DNA of 36,347 nucleotides from a virus (IMGVR_UViG_3300034072_000197:1-36347), one strand, 5' to 3'. Positions 27,064 to 35,262 are shown, counted from the stretch's first letter. Made by a program: numbers and translations. The notes: generated from the sequence alone by a model not told the origin.

Positions 27064-27387
27064 TCAGGAATCCACCAGCCTCACCGCATCCTCAACCGAC
27101 CGGGCAACGCCAGCGATTGCGCCGCGCGCCCGCATGGCATCGATGAACCGCTGCTGTTCTGGCCGTATGCGCCCGGTCGGGGTTTTCACTTCGATGTAGA
27201 ACGCCTTGGAATCCTCGCGGCGGTGCCCGAACAGGTCGGAGAACCCGGCAGGCAGACCAGTGGAGACTGGCCGCCCGTCCTTCGTGAAGAACAGACCGAC
27301 GTTCGCGCGCGCGACGAAGTGCCCAGCCGCCGACAGCGCGACCATTATCTGGCGCATCAGGTCGCCTTCAGTCTTAGGTTTTTCCAT
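27064..27387 (-). CDS. VRR-NUC domain nuclease (resolvase-like)
   Basis: TEGDLMRQI, RANVG, GLPAGFSDL, FYIEVKTPTGRIRPEQQRF and GVARSVEDA (PD-(D/E)xK). Start ATG 27387. Confidence 0.9.
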   Translation of the reverse strand: MEKPKTEGDLMRQIMVALSAAGHFVARANVGLFFTKDGRPVSTGLPAGFSDLFGHRREDSKAFYIEVKTPTGRIRPEQQRFIDAMRARGAIAGVARSVEDAVRLVDS

Positions 27388-27634
27388 GCTGGCGATTATG
27401 TGAGTGAACCAGCCGCACGAGGTCGGCCAGTTGGTTGCCTGCCGCATCGCCTCGGCGCCTGGAGACCTTGGCAAGATACTCGCGCCGCTGGTCTTTCGTT
27501 GGCAGCGACAGCACGAACTGCGCCTCGCACTCAGCGCGGAACGCCTCGCAGAACGAACACACGACGGCGCCCGTCACGAGCGTGACCGTCGGCCCGGTCT
27601 CCAAGCGGTTGCAGCCTAGGCAGCCGTGATCCAT
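27374..27634 (-). CDS. Hypothetical protein with CxxC motifs
   Basis: CLGC, CSFC and EAFRAECEA...RREYLAKV..RRG. TGATG coupling at 27634. Confidence 0.65.
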   Translation of the reverse strand: MDHGCLGCNRLETGPTVTLVTGAVVCSFCEAFRAECEAQFVLSLPTKDQRREYLAKVSRRRGDAAGNQLADLVRLVHSHNRQHGKT

Positions 27635-27735
27635 CAGTACCCCCAAATCATTCGGCCAGCGACCATGCCAGCGACCAGCCAGAACAGGCCGTAGAGAACC
27701 AGAATGCTGGCCATCATCAGTGCTTCGTCACTCAT
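27634..27735 (-). CDS. 33-aa single-pass membrane peptide
   Basis: MSDEALMMASILVLYGLFWLVAGMVAGRMIWGY with a strong AAGGAG RBS. Its stop overlaps the next start. Confidence 0.6.
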   Translation of the reverse strand: MSDEALMMASILVLYGLFWLVAGMVAGRMIWGY

Positions 27736-27767
27736 GTGAATGTCTCCTTGTTGGTGTGGTTTTCGCA

Positions 27768-29186
27768 TCACACAGCGCCAGCAAACCGACGCTGTTCCTT
27801 CGCTTGCCGTGCCCTTAATACCGCGCGCGCCCACAATGCGGGCCTGGCATAACCGCGAGCCTTCCCCAGCGCGATCAAGTCTGCCTCAGTCTGGGCGCGG
27901 CCTTGCATCACGCGGTGCTCTTTCTTCGCCGCCTGCGCAGCGATCTCCTTGAGCTCGCCGTCCACCTGCTCAATCACGCGCTTCTGCGGCTCAAATTCAT
28001 GGCCGCACAGGCAAAAAGTCGCCCGCGAGTCAACGACGGCGAAGCACTTCGGGCAGGTCTTAACCGACACCTCGGACTTCTGCTTTTTCTCCTTCGGCCC
28101 CGCGCCGTCCAGCGTCCACTCGCGTTCATCGGTCGGCATGCCGTGGCGATCTATATTTCCTGCGTGGTCGAGAATGATGCAATCCGGCTTGCCAGGATGC
28201 GTGCGCAGCCCTCGGCCAACCGACTGGAGGAACTTCACCACAGACTGCGTTGGCGCCAGCAGGATGATGCACGACACGGCAGGAGCATCGACGCCAGCGA
28301 CCCAAAGCGCGCAGTTGCACACCACGTCGATCTGGCCGCCCTGCAGCCCGGTCAGCGCAGCGTCACGCTCAATCGGGTCGGACTCACCGGCGATGGCCAC
28401 GGCCCGGTAGCCAGCAGCGCGGAACTCGGCAGCCACGTGCTGGGCGTGTTCAATCGAGACACAGAACGCCACAGCCGGGCGGCCATGCGCCAGCTTCTGG
28501 TAGTGCGTGACAGCCGACCCGGTGATCTTCGGCTTATCCATCGCATCGCGCAGATCGCCCTGGTTGAACTCGCCAGCCGTGGTGCGCACGCCACTCAGGT
28601 CTGGAGTGCTGGGCGCGAAGTAGCGAATCGGCGCCAGCAGACCCTCGTCAATCAGATCCTGCGTGCCACAGGTCTCGATGATGATGTCTGACACCTCGCC
28701 CATGCCGCGCGAGTCCAGACGCCGCGGGGTCGCGGTTAAGTGTAGGAGATGCGCGCCGCCAGGCTGCCAGAACTTCGGCCCGGCCTTGGCCCACTCGAAA
28801 ATCGTCTGGTACGTCTGGGCCACCGCCAGATGCGCCTCGTCCACGATGATGAGATCCGGCGGCGTGTACCGATCCAGCCTGCGCACGAGCGTCTGCACCA
28901 TAGCCACCTGCACCGCCTGGCGACGGTCTGAGATGACGCCGGATGCAATCCAGCCGTGCGGGATGTTCTCGGTCAGCAGCCGCGCAGACGTGGCCTGCAG
29001 CAGCTCCTTGAGGTGAGCAAGGAACCACACACGCTTACCCTTGGCGAGCGCGCGGCGGATGATCGTGGCGCTGGTGTGGGTTTTCCCGAAACCAGTGGAG
29101 GCGCGCAGGATCGGCGCCTTGTAGCCCTGCTTGTACGCGGCAACGATGTCGTCAACCGCCTTCTGTTGGCGTGGGCGCAGGCTCAT
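27768..29186 (-). CDS. SF2 DEAH-box helicase (RadD/YejH-like) with C-terminal Zn ribbon
   Basis: LRPRQ, STGFGKT, IIVDEAH, LTATP, QSVGRGLR, ILDHAGN and CPKC...CLCG. ATG 29186 overlaps the upstream stop. Confidence 0.92.
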   Translation of the reverse strand: MSLRPRQQKAVDDIVAAYKQGYKAPILRASTGFGKTHTSATIIRRALAKGKRVWFLAHLKELLQATSARLLTENIPHGWIASGVISDRRQAVQVAMVQTLVRRLDRYTPPDLIIVDEAHLAVAQTYQTIFEWAKAGPKFWQPGGAHLLHLTATPRRLDSRGMGEVSDIIIETCGTQDLIDEGLLAPIRYFAPSTPDLSGVRTTAGEFNQGDLRDAMDKPKITGSAVTHYQKLAHGRPAVAFCVSIEHAQHVAAEFRAAGYRAVAIAGESDPIERDAALTGLQGGQIDVVCNCALWVAGVDAPAVSCIILLAPTQSVVKFLQSVGRGLRTHPGKPDCIILDHAGNIDRHGMPTDEREWTLDGAGPKEKKQKSEVSVKTCPKCFAVVDSRATFCLCGHEFEPQKRVIEQVDGELKEIAAQAAKKEHRVMQGRAQTEADLIALGKARGYARPALWARAVLRARQAKEQRRFAGAV

Positions 29187-29371
29187 GCGAACCTCGCCTG
29201 CCGAGAGCGGTACATAAAGCAAGTCGATCCTGGGACTCGCTCAAGCATTCCAGCTTTAGCTAGGCGGCCAAGCTGGGCGTTGACCGTTTTTGAACCCGCC
29301 CGTTTAGCAATGACTCGCGGCAATTCAAAGCGCTCAAAGCTGATGATCTTCAGCAGTTGAATGTCTGTCAT
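29183..29371 (-). CDS. Small winged-helix-like protein
   Basis: 62 aa, GAGG RBS, TVNAQLGRLAKAGMLER pattern. Confidence 0.55.
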   Translation of the reverse strand: MTDIQLLKIISFERFELPRVIAKRAGSKTVNAQLGRLAKAGMLERVPGSTCFMYRSRQARFA

Positions 29372-29411
29372 GCGCAACCTCACCAGGCGTTGCATTCAGT
29401 GCGGCGCATGG

Positions 29412-29645
29412 TTACGCCTCAACCACAGCAGCGCCCTCGATCAACTCGGAGGCGGTCAACTGCACACCCTTCTCGCGGGCGAGTTCCAGCAGACGGAGCT
29501 GGTGCGTGGACGGCACACGGCCATCCAGTCCACCCTTCGCTGCAGGAGCACGCCATCGGTAGATCGTGGATGGGTCCAGGTTCATCAGACGGGCCAGCGG
29601 ACGCAGGCCACCAAAGCGGGAGATAACAATGTCGGCGGGTTTCAT
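29412..29645 (-). CDS. Cro-like HTH regulator
   Basis: VISRFGGLRPLARLMNLDPSTIYRW...GRVP, divergent from the CI-like gene. Confidence 0.8.
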   Translation of the reverse strand: MKPADIVISRFGGLRPLARLMNLDPSTIYRWRAPAAKGGLDGRVPSTHQLRLLELAREKGVQLTASELIEGAAVVEA

Positions 29646-29759
29646 AATTCACAACGGTGTTGATACAAGCGCAATTATGCAGGAATCTCAACGCTGTTGC
29701 AATCGTGGCACCGTTTCTGTATTTTCCAGCGCACGCCATAGGAAACCGCTGGATAGCCC
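29646..29759. promoter_or_regulatory. Divergent immunity region with three tandem operator-like 17-mers and the cro promoter
   Basis: 17-mers at 29659-29675, 29676-29692 and 29696-29712. Minus strand TTGCAA (29702-29697)-N17-CATAAT (29679-29674). Confidence 0.7.
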
Positions 29760-30350
29760 ATGCCCGTCAACACGCGATGGTTTCAGGACAGGCTTTCAGA
29801 CCGGGGCATGTCGCAGCGCGGCCTTGCCCGCGCACTCGGTCTGGATGCCGCCGCCGTCTCTCTCATGCTGAGGGGCAAGCGGCAGATGAAACTGACGGAA
29901 GCGGCAGACATTGCGCGCCTGCTTGGCGTGCCAGTGGACGACGTACTGGCCAGCGCTGGTGTCAGGCTCGACAGTGGAGGCGCAGAGGTGCCGCTGGATG
30001 GCTACATTGACGGCGCAGGTGAATTCCATTTCGAGCGCATGGGCAGCGTACCGCACCCGGGCGCAGGCATTCCGGTGGACGTGTCGGCGGTTCAGTGCCG
30101 CACGGCAGGCTCGCCACTGGCGCACATGGATGGCTGGCTGTTGTTCGGCCACGCCAAAGGACCAGCCTCAGGAGTACCAGCCGACGCCATAGGCCGCATG
30201 AGCTGGTGCCGCCTGAAGAATGGCGTGATCTTCCTGGCCGCGCCAACGAGGTCTTACCACCGTGGTAAGTGGAACCTCGACGGCCCAGCGGCATCATCGC
30301 GCGATGTTGAGCTGGAGTGGGCAACCCCGGTGATTCTCATCGTTCCCTAG
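29760..30350 (+). CDS. CI-like repressor (XRE HTH plus degenerate S24-like C-terminal domain)
   Basis: GMSQRGLARALGLDAAAVSLMLRGKRQMKLTEAADIARLLGV, linker VPLDGYIDGAGE, beta-rich C-terminal domain. Confidence 0.85.
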   Translation: MPVNTRWFQDRLSDRGMSQRGLARALGLDAAAVSLMLRGKRQMKLTEAADIARLLGVPVDDVLASAGVRLDSGGAEVPLDGYIDGAGEFHFERMGSVPHPGAGIPVDVSAVQCRTAGSPLAHMDGWLLFGHAKGPASGVPADAIGRMSWCRLKNGVIFLAAPTRSYHRGKWNLDGPAASSRDVELEWATPVILIVP

Positions 30351-30351
30351 T

Positions 30352-30431
30352 GTTGCGTGTTGGCAACGCGGGTAAACGATAGTCTGAATGTGTTGCGGTT
30401 TTCTCGCTGATGGTGTTATTATCTCAACACC
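30352..30431 (+). promoter_or_regulatory. Early rightward promoter with operator-like motifs
   Basis: TTGCGG-N18-TATTAT with an extended TG. Motifs at 30352-30367 and 30412-30428. The 21-mer 30411-30431 is identical to 34841-34861. Confidence 0.65.
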
Positions 30432-30447
30432 TTAACGGAGAATCGCA

Positions 30448-30702
30448 ATGCAACTCGTGACATTCAAGACCACCACAGGCACCGGCTGCGGCAAGGTGCT
30501 TTGCCAGTTCGAGCGCTGGGCTGACGGGTATTTCGAGGTCGTCGGCATCTGGGCTGACACCGAAGCCGCTGGCCCGCAGATTGAAGTCGGGCAGTACATG
30601 TCTGACAGCCAGATCGAAGACCTGCGTATTCAGGCCCGCGCCGAGTACATCAAGGATTGTGAAGCAGCGAAAGAGCATGCCGACATGGCGCATGCGGAAT
30701 GA
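30448..30702 (+). CDS. Hypothetical protein
   Basis: 84 aa with GGAG RBS, first gene after the promoter. Confidence 0.7.
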   Translation: MQLVTFKTTTGTGCGKVLCQFERWADGYFEVVGIWADTEAAGPQIEVGQYMSDSQIEDLRIQARAEYIKDCEAAKEHADMAHAE

Positions 30703-30713
30703 AAGGAACGATG

Positions 30714-30986
30714 ATGAGTAAGCACACACCTGGGCCGTGGTCATATTTACCAGGAAATGGCCCAGCATTGCACCCTGCCGTTCAGAGAGGCACCGAAGGC
30801 GGATTCATCGTTCAAGGATTGAGCCGTGAGAGCGAAGAAGCAGACGCCCGCCTGATCGCCGTCGCGCCTGAGATGCTGGCGCTTCTTGAGCGTTGGGTAT
30901 CTGACCCTGAAACGATTTCACCGAACTCAATCGTTGAAGACGAAACAATTGCCCTGATCGCCAAAGTAACCGGAGAAGCCAAATGA
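30714..30986 (+). CDS. Phage hypothetical protein (KHTPGPW...ARLIA.APEML family)
   Basis: MSKHTPGPW...ADARLIAVAPEMLALL...ALIAKVTG with AAGGA RBS. Confidence 0.75.
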   Translation: MSKHTPGPWSYLPGNGPALHPAVQRGTEGGFIVQGLSRESEEADARLIAVAPEMLALLERWVSDPETISPNSIVEDETIALIAKVTGEAK

Positions 30987-31174
30987 ATCCACGTAGCAGC
31001 AGTTACCACGAGCGCGCACACCGCAGCCTGGAATCAGCGTTTGGCCCGTACCAGCGTTACGGCCTCGTTGAGAAACATGACCCAATGCCAAAGGCTGACA
31101 AGATCGTGCTGGCGGTGAGCATCATCGCCGCCGTTGTCCTGATCTGCGCCGTTTCTGTGGGGTGGATCGTATGA
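30983..31174 (+). CDS. Small protein with C-terminal transmembrane helix
   Basis: 63 aa, IVLAVSIIAAVVLICAVSVGWIV, ATGA overlaps on both sides. Confidence 0.7.
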   Translation: MNPRSSSYHERAHRSLESAFGPYQRYGLVEKHDPMPKADKIVLAVSIIAAVVLICAVSVGWIV

Positions 31175-31581
31175 GCGCGCAGCACACACAGGGCCGGCTG
31201 TATATCCGCACTAATCGTCATCCAAACACTGACGGCACGGCTTGGGGTTGGGTTGACCTATATGAGCCAGGAAGCATGAGGCAGGCCAGCCCGCCTGGAA
31301 TGCACATTACATGGTCAAGAGGACAACAGTCTGAAGCCAACGCCCGCCGCCTGGTGGCCTGCTGGAATGCCTGTGAGGGCATCAGCACCGAAGCGCTGGA
31401 GCGGTTAGTCAACACCATCGACAGAGCGTATGTGTCACTGCAGGCCCAGCGCGACAAGCTGCTGGCGGCGCTGGAGGTGATGCTGCGCAACTACACCGCA
31501 GTGCATGACATTGGCGACGTTGAAATGCAGCCAGCCATCTATCAGGCCCGCGCCGCCATCGCTGAAGTGAAAGGCAACTGA
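31171..31581 (+). CDS. Phage hypothetical protein (ANARRLVACWNACEG family)
   Basis: MSAQHTQGRL...EANARRLVACWNACEGISTEAL...QRDKLLAALE...ARAAIAEVKG. Confidence 0.75.
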   Translation: MSAQHTQGRLYIRTNRHPNTDGTAWGWVDLYEPGSMRQASPPGMHITWSRGQQSEANARRLVACWNACEGISTEALERLVNTIDRAYVSLQAQRDKLLAALEVMLRNYTAVHDIGDVEMQPAIYQARAAIAEVKGN

Positions 31582-31582
31582 C

Positions 31583-32533
31583 ATGGCCACCCAAATCATC
31601 CAACCCAGCAGTCAGGAACACTGGCTCCAGATGCGCACGCAGGACGTAACGTCCACCGAGTCCGCAGCGCTGTTCGGCATGTCGCCCTACGTGACGCACT
31701 TCGACCTCTGGCACCGCAAGCGCTCAGGCGTCGTGCCTGAATTCACCGTCAACGAGCGAATGAAGTGGGGGAACCGCCTGGAGTCGGCCATCGCCCACGG
31801 CATCGCCGAGGAACAGGGCTGGGAGATCCGTCCCATGAAGGAGTACATGCGCGATCCCGACGCGCGCATGGGCAGCTCGTTCGATTTCGTCATCACCAGT
31901 CTGGGTGAGCCTGTCCACTTGGAGATCAAGAACGTGGACTATCTGGCCTTCAGAGATGGCTGGATCGAACACGACGACGGCACGCTGGAGGCCCCTGAGC
32001 ATATCGAAATGCAAGTCCAGCACCAGATGGCCGTCAGCGGATTCAAGCGCGCGTTCATCGGCGCCTTTGTGGCTGGCAACCGTGGCGTCGTCATCGAGCG
32101 CCATCGCGACGAGGATGTGATCCGCGCCATTCGCCACCGCGTGTCCGAGTTCTGGCGATCCATCGAGGACAACCGCGAGCCGGAACCCGTGATGCCTGCC
32201 GACGCCGAGGCCGTCATCCGACTGAACCAGTACGCCCAACCGGGCAAGGTGATCGACGCCAGCGGTGATGCGAATATCGCTGCACTGGTGGAGGAATACC
32301 GACAGGCCAGCAACGCCGAGAAGAACGCAGCCGAAGACAAGGAAGTCGCCAAGGCGCGGCTGCTGGAAGCCATCGGTGACGCCGAGAAAGTCATGCTGCC
32401 AGGCTTCACCATCAGCGCCTCGATGATTGCTGAAACGCCGCCGACACTCATCACGCCGGAGATGGTCGGCCAGTCCTACGGTGGGCGCAAAGGTTATCGC
32501 AACCTGCGAGTCAACGTAAAAAAACAGAAGTGA
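31583..32533 (+). CDS. YqaJ-like viral recombinase exonuclease
   Basis: WLQMRTQDVTSTESAALFGMSPY, WGNRLE, SSFD, LEIKNV and QVQHQMAV. Upstream of RecT. Confidence 0.9.
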   Translation: MATQIIQPSSQEHWLQMRTQDVTSTESAALFGMSPYVTHFDLWHRKRSGVVPEFTVNERMKWGNRLESAIAHGIAEEQGWEIRPMKEYMRDPDARMGSSFDFVITSLGEPVHLEIKNVDYLAFRDGWIEHDDGTLEAPEHIEMQVQHQMAVSGFKRAFIGAFVAGNRGVVIERHRDEDVIRAIRHRVSEFWRSIEDNREPEPVMPADAEAVIRLNQYAQPGKVIDASGDANIAALVEEYRQASNAEKNAAEDKEVAKARLLEAIGDAEKVMLPGFTISASMIAETPPTLITPEMVGQSYGGRKGYRNLRVNVKKQK

Positions 32534-32545
32534 ACGTGTTATTCA

Positions 32546-32572
32546 GTGTTATACTGATGCGGAATTCTCAAC
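32546..32572 (+). promoter_or_regulatory. Extended -10 promoter and operator-like motif before the recT unit
   Basis: TGtTATACT (-10 at 32550-32555) followed directly by GATGCGGAATTCTCAAC (32556-32572), one mismatch from 26877-26893. Confidence 0.6.
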
Positions 32573-32585
32573 ACAAGGAAGCAAG

Positions 32586-32816
32586 ATGGCCAACATTGAA
32601 GTCAAGGAGTTCTCAAGAACTTCATCGCTCCACGTCAATGCGCTCAATAGCCCGACGTTTGGCGCGCTCGTTACTCTCAGCCAGAACTCTGGCAGCCTGT
32701 CATTCACGTTCTGCATGACGCCAGAGCAGGCCCGCTACATGGCGTCCGCCCTGATGGCTCAGGCCGCCAAAGCAGATGCCGCCGCAACCCCCGCAACCAC
32801 CAAGGAAACAGCATGA
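32586..32816 (+). CDS. Hypothetical protein
   Basis: 76 aa with AAGGA RBS and an MTPEQAR motif. Confidence 0.7.
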   Translation: MANIEVKEFSRTSSLHVNALNSPTFGALVTLSQNSGSLSFTFCMTPEQARYMASALMAQAAKADAAATPATTKETA

Positions 32817-33646
32817 GCAACGCACTCGCAGAGATTCGCCCGGCCATCGAGAAGATGGCCCCTCAGTTCAAAGCCGCCCTGCCCGCACACATCCCGGTTG
32901 AGCGCTTCGTTCGCACCACACTGACCGCCGTGCAGACGAACCCGGAACTGATTAACGCCGACCGCCGCACTCTGTTTGCGTCGGCCACCCGCGCCGCGCA
33001 GATGGGCCTGCTGCCTGATGGCCGCGAGGGCGCCATCGTGACGTTCGGCGGCAAGTGTCAATTCATGCCGATGCTGGGCGGCGTGCTGAAGCTGGTGCGC
33101 AACTCTGGCGAACTGGCTTCGATTGACGCCCAGATCGTTTACAAGAACGACAAGTTCACCTACCGACCGGGCATCGACCTGGTGCCAGCGCACGAGCCGG
33201 ATTGGTTCGGTGACCGAGGCGACATCGTTGGCGTGTACGCCGTGGCTAAGATGAAGGACGGCGCTGCCTACGTGGAGATCCTGTCCAAGAAGCAGGTGGA
33301 GCAGGTGCGCAATGTGAGCCGCGCCAAGTCATCCGGCCCGTGGGTGACGTGGTGGGACGAGATGGCCCGCAAGACCGCCATTCGCCGACTGGCTAAGCGC
33401 CTGCCGCTGTCCACCGATCTGGACGGCGCACTGGCCGAGGACGACGATCTGTTCATGCCGCCTGAGCCTGTGGCGCAAGAACAGACACAGCAGGCACCAG
33501 AGCAGGAAGCCGCACCGCGCCGCCCATCTCGCCTGCAGAAAGTCGCCGAGGCCGCGCCTGAGCCTGCCGTTACGCCGCTGGACGATGACGGCGTGATCGA
33601 CGTGGACGCCACGCATATGGCTGAAGAGGCTGACAGCCCGATCTGA
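32813..33646 (+). CDS. recT: RecT-family single-strand annealing protein
   Basis: ALPAHIPVERFVR, AAQMGLLPDG, GVLKLVRNSG, SGPWVTWWDEMARKTAIRRLAKRLPLS and an acidic tail. Confidence 0.93.
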   Translation: MSNALAEIRPAIEKMAPQFKAALPAHIPVERFVRTTLTAVQTNPELINADRRTLFASATRAAQMGLLPDGREGAIVTFGGKCQFMPMLGGVLKLVRNSGELASIDAQIVYKNDKFTYRPGIDLVPAHEPDWFGDRGDIVGVYAVAKMKDGAAYVEILSKKQVEQVRNVSRAKSSGPWVTWWDEMARKTAIRRLAKRLPLSTDLDGALAEDDDLFMPPEPVAQEQTQQAPEQEAAPRRPSRLQKVAEAAPEPAVTPLDDDGVIDVDATHMAEEADSPI

Positions 33647-33653
33647 CGATTAA

Positions 33654-33729
33654 GGGGGAAAGCGGATGCTGACCGAATAGCGTGGCTGGAGCGCGAGTAG
33701 TCCAGTGCATCAGACGCAGCGAGTACCCC
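33654..33729 (+). ncRNA. Putative structured RNA between recT and the excisionase-like gene
   Basis: GGGG(G)AAA-GC-GGA-UGC-UGA...UCA-GAC-GCA-GC-GAGUA-CCCC nested pairing, internal hairpin CUGGA/UCCAG, and a GAA/AGUA loop-E-like internal loop. Confidence 0.4.
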
Positions 33730-33752
33730 ACCCAAATAACCAGAGGAACACC

Positions 33753-33989
33753 ATGACAAACACATTCACCATCCGCACCGACAACCTGCCCAGCGTCCTC
33801 GATGACAAGCTGCTGACCACTGACCAGATGGCAGAGCAGCTTGGAATTCACCGCACTACCGCCGAAGCCTGGCGCTCCAAGAACATCGGCCCGGACTGGA
33901 TCAAGCTCGGCACTGGCCGCCGCAGTCCTGTGCGTTACCGCCAGAGCGCTGTGGACAAGTATCTGGCGAGCATGGAGGCACGGAAATGA
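33753..33989 (+). CDS. Excisionase/AlpA-like HTH DNA-binding protein
   Basis: GAGGA RBS. LLTTDQMAEQLGIHRTTAEAWRSKNIGPDWIKLG...VRYRQSAVDKYL. Confidence 0.85.
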   Translation: MTNTFTIRTDNLPSVLDDKLLTTDQMAEQLGIHRTTAEAWRSKNIGPDWIKLGTGRRSPVRYRQSAVDKYLASMEARK

Positions 33990-34321
33990 AGACGGATCGA
34001 GAACTTTTGGAACTGGCGGCAAAGGCAGCTGGTGTGCCGTGGGAGGGAGTGCTTCGTGACGACGGCGTATTTGTCCACGAAGGTAGGCAATGGAACCCAC
34101 TTGAAGACGACGGCGATGCGCTGCGGCTGTCGGTGAAGCTGAACATTGACATCATGAACGCCACGCCGAGCGAGGACGGCAGCGAAGGGCAAAGCGTGAC
34201 GTTCCCACTCCGAGGAGATTACGGCGCGATTACGGAGTGGCACGACACGACATACGGGAAGTTCGCAGCCACCCGCCGCGCCATCGTTCGCGCCGCCGCC
34301 GAGATCGGAGCGGCCCTATGA
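33986..34321 (+). CDS. Conserved phage hypothetical protein (WNPL.DDGDALRL family)
   Basis: TDRELLELAAKAAG, WNPLEDDGDALRL and ATRRAIVRAAAEIG. Confidence 0.75.
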   Translation: MKTDRELLELAAKAAGVPWEGVLRDDGVFVHEGRQWNPLEDDGDALRLSVKLNIDIMNATPSEDGSEGQSVTFPLRGDYGAITEWHDTTYGKFAATRRAIVRAAAEIGAAL

Positions 34322-34806
34322 AAAAACGCCGCCGCCAGCCAGTACCAATCTACACCTACACGCTTCTGGACGAGCTGGCCGCCAGCCCGACTGAGCCTCT
34401 GCCTGCTGAGATACGCAGCCACCAACTGACGAGGATGTGGGCTGGCCTGCACCAGATCGAAACATCCGCAGAGCCAACCACCGACGACTGGCGCGTGTGT
34501 TCCGACGCGGTGAACCTGCTGGAAACTCTCATCACGCAAGGCGTGTGCGAGGACACACAGGGGCTGCTGATGGACGCCATCACAGCGCTTGCACTCGCTG
34601 GCCGCAGACACAAGGCAGGTGGGCACATCAGGCTCGACGCAGCAGGCATCCAGGCTGTGCGCGCAGTGCTGGAGGATTACGCAGCTGTGCTGGAAGTCCT
34701 GCCCGCCAGAACCATGATCCGCTGCCACCGCCTGACAGAGCGACGCATCCACGAGATCATGACAGGCCGCAAGAAGCCGCACGATGTCGAAGTAATGGAC
34801 TTATAA
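34318..34806 (+). CDS. Hypothetical phage protein
   Basis: ATG 34318 (ATGA overlap, GGAG RBS). DDWRVCSDAVNLLE and IQAVRAVLEDY. Confidence 0.7.
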   Translation: MKKRRRQPVPIYTYTLLDELAASPTEPLPAEIRSHQLTRMWAGLHQIETSAEPTTDDWRVCSDAVNLLETLITQGVCEDTQGLLMDAITALALAGRRHKAGGHIRLDAAGIQAVRAVLEDYAAVLEVLPARTMIRCHRLTERRIHEIMTGRKKPHDVEVMDL

Positions 34807-34809
34807 AAT

Positions 34810-34861
34810 CGTGTAAAAAACAACACATGCGTGAGTAAAGTGGTGTTATTATCTCAACACC
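34810..34861 (+). promoter_or_regulatory. Second early promoter/operator copy
   Basis: TGGTGTTATTATCTCAACACC (34841-34861) is identical to 30411-30431, in an AT-rich gap. Confidence 0.65.
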
Positions 34862-34881
34862 AACAACACGAAGGAGAGAAC

Positions 34882-35262
34882 GTGAACACTGAATCCGAGA
34901 ATAAAGCTGCGCTCATCAAGAAGATGCTTGCGCGCAAGCCGTGGAGTACAGCGATAGATATTTCGCGGTCAACCGGCTTTAATGTCAAGACTGTCCGCAA
35001 CCATCTTTCAAATATGCACATGCTTGGCCGTGTTGATTTGAAGCGCCAAGGTGGAATCCCTGTGTGGGCCATCAGTGAAGATCGAGCAGCAGCGGCGCCA
35101 AACGTGGCAGCGCCTCGCCGGATAAATGTGATGTCTGGCGACTATGCCTGCCCCGAGCTGCGCACCGATCTGCCGCCTGCACGCATGGCTGCGTTCAGCA
35201 TGCCCAGCCGCATGGGTGACAAGCTGTTTTACCGCGACGGGCGGGTGGAGGTGGTGCAATGA
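34882..35262 (+). CDS. Winged-helix domain protein
   Basis: GTG 34882 after AAGGAG. STAIDISRSTGFNVKTVRNHLSNMHMLGRV and C-terminal AFSMPSRMG..L.YRDGR. Confidence 0.7.
   Translation: MNTESENKAALIKKMLARKPWSTAIDISRSTGFNVKTVRNHLSNMHMLGRVDLKRQGGIPVWAISEDRAAAAPNVAAPRRINVMSGDYACPELRTDLPPARMAAFSMPSRMGDKLFYRDGRVEVVQ

Noticed and set aside
29380-29410. 9-codon minus-strand ORF (MRRTECNAW) after the cro-like gene
   Set aside because: Too short to support and has no clear RBS. It may be chance or a coupling device.
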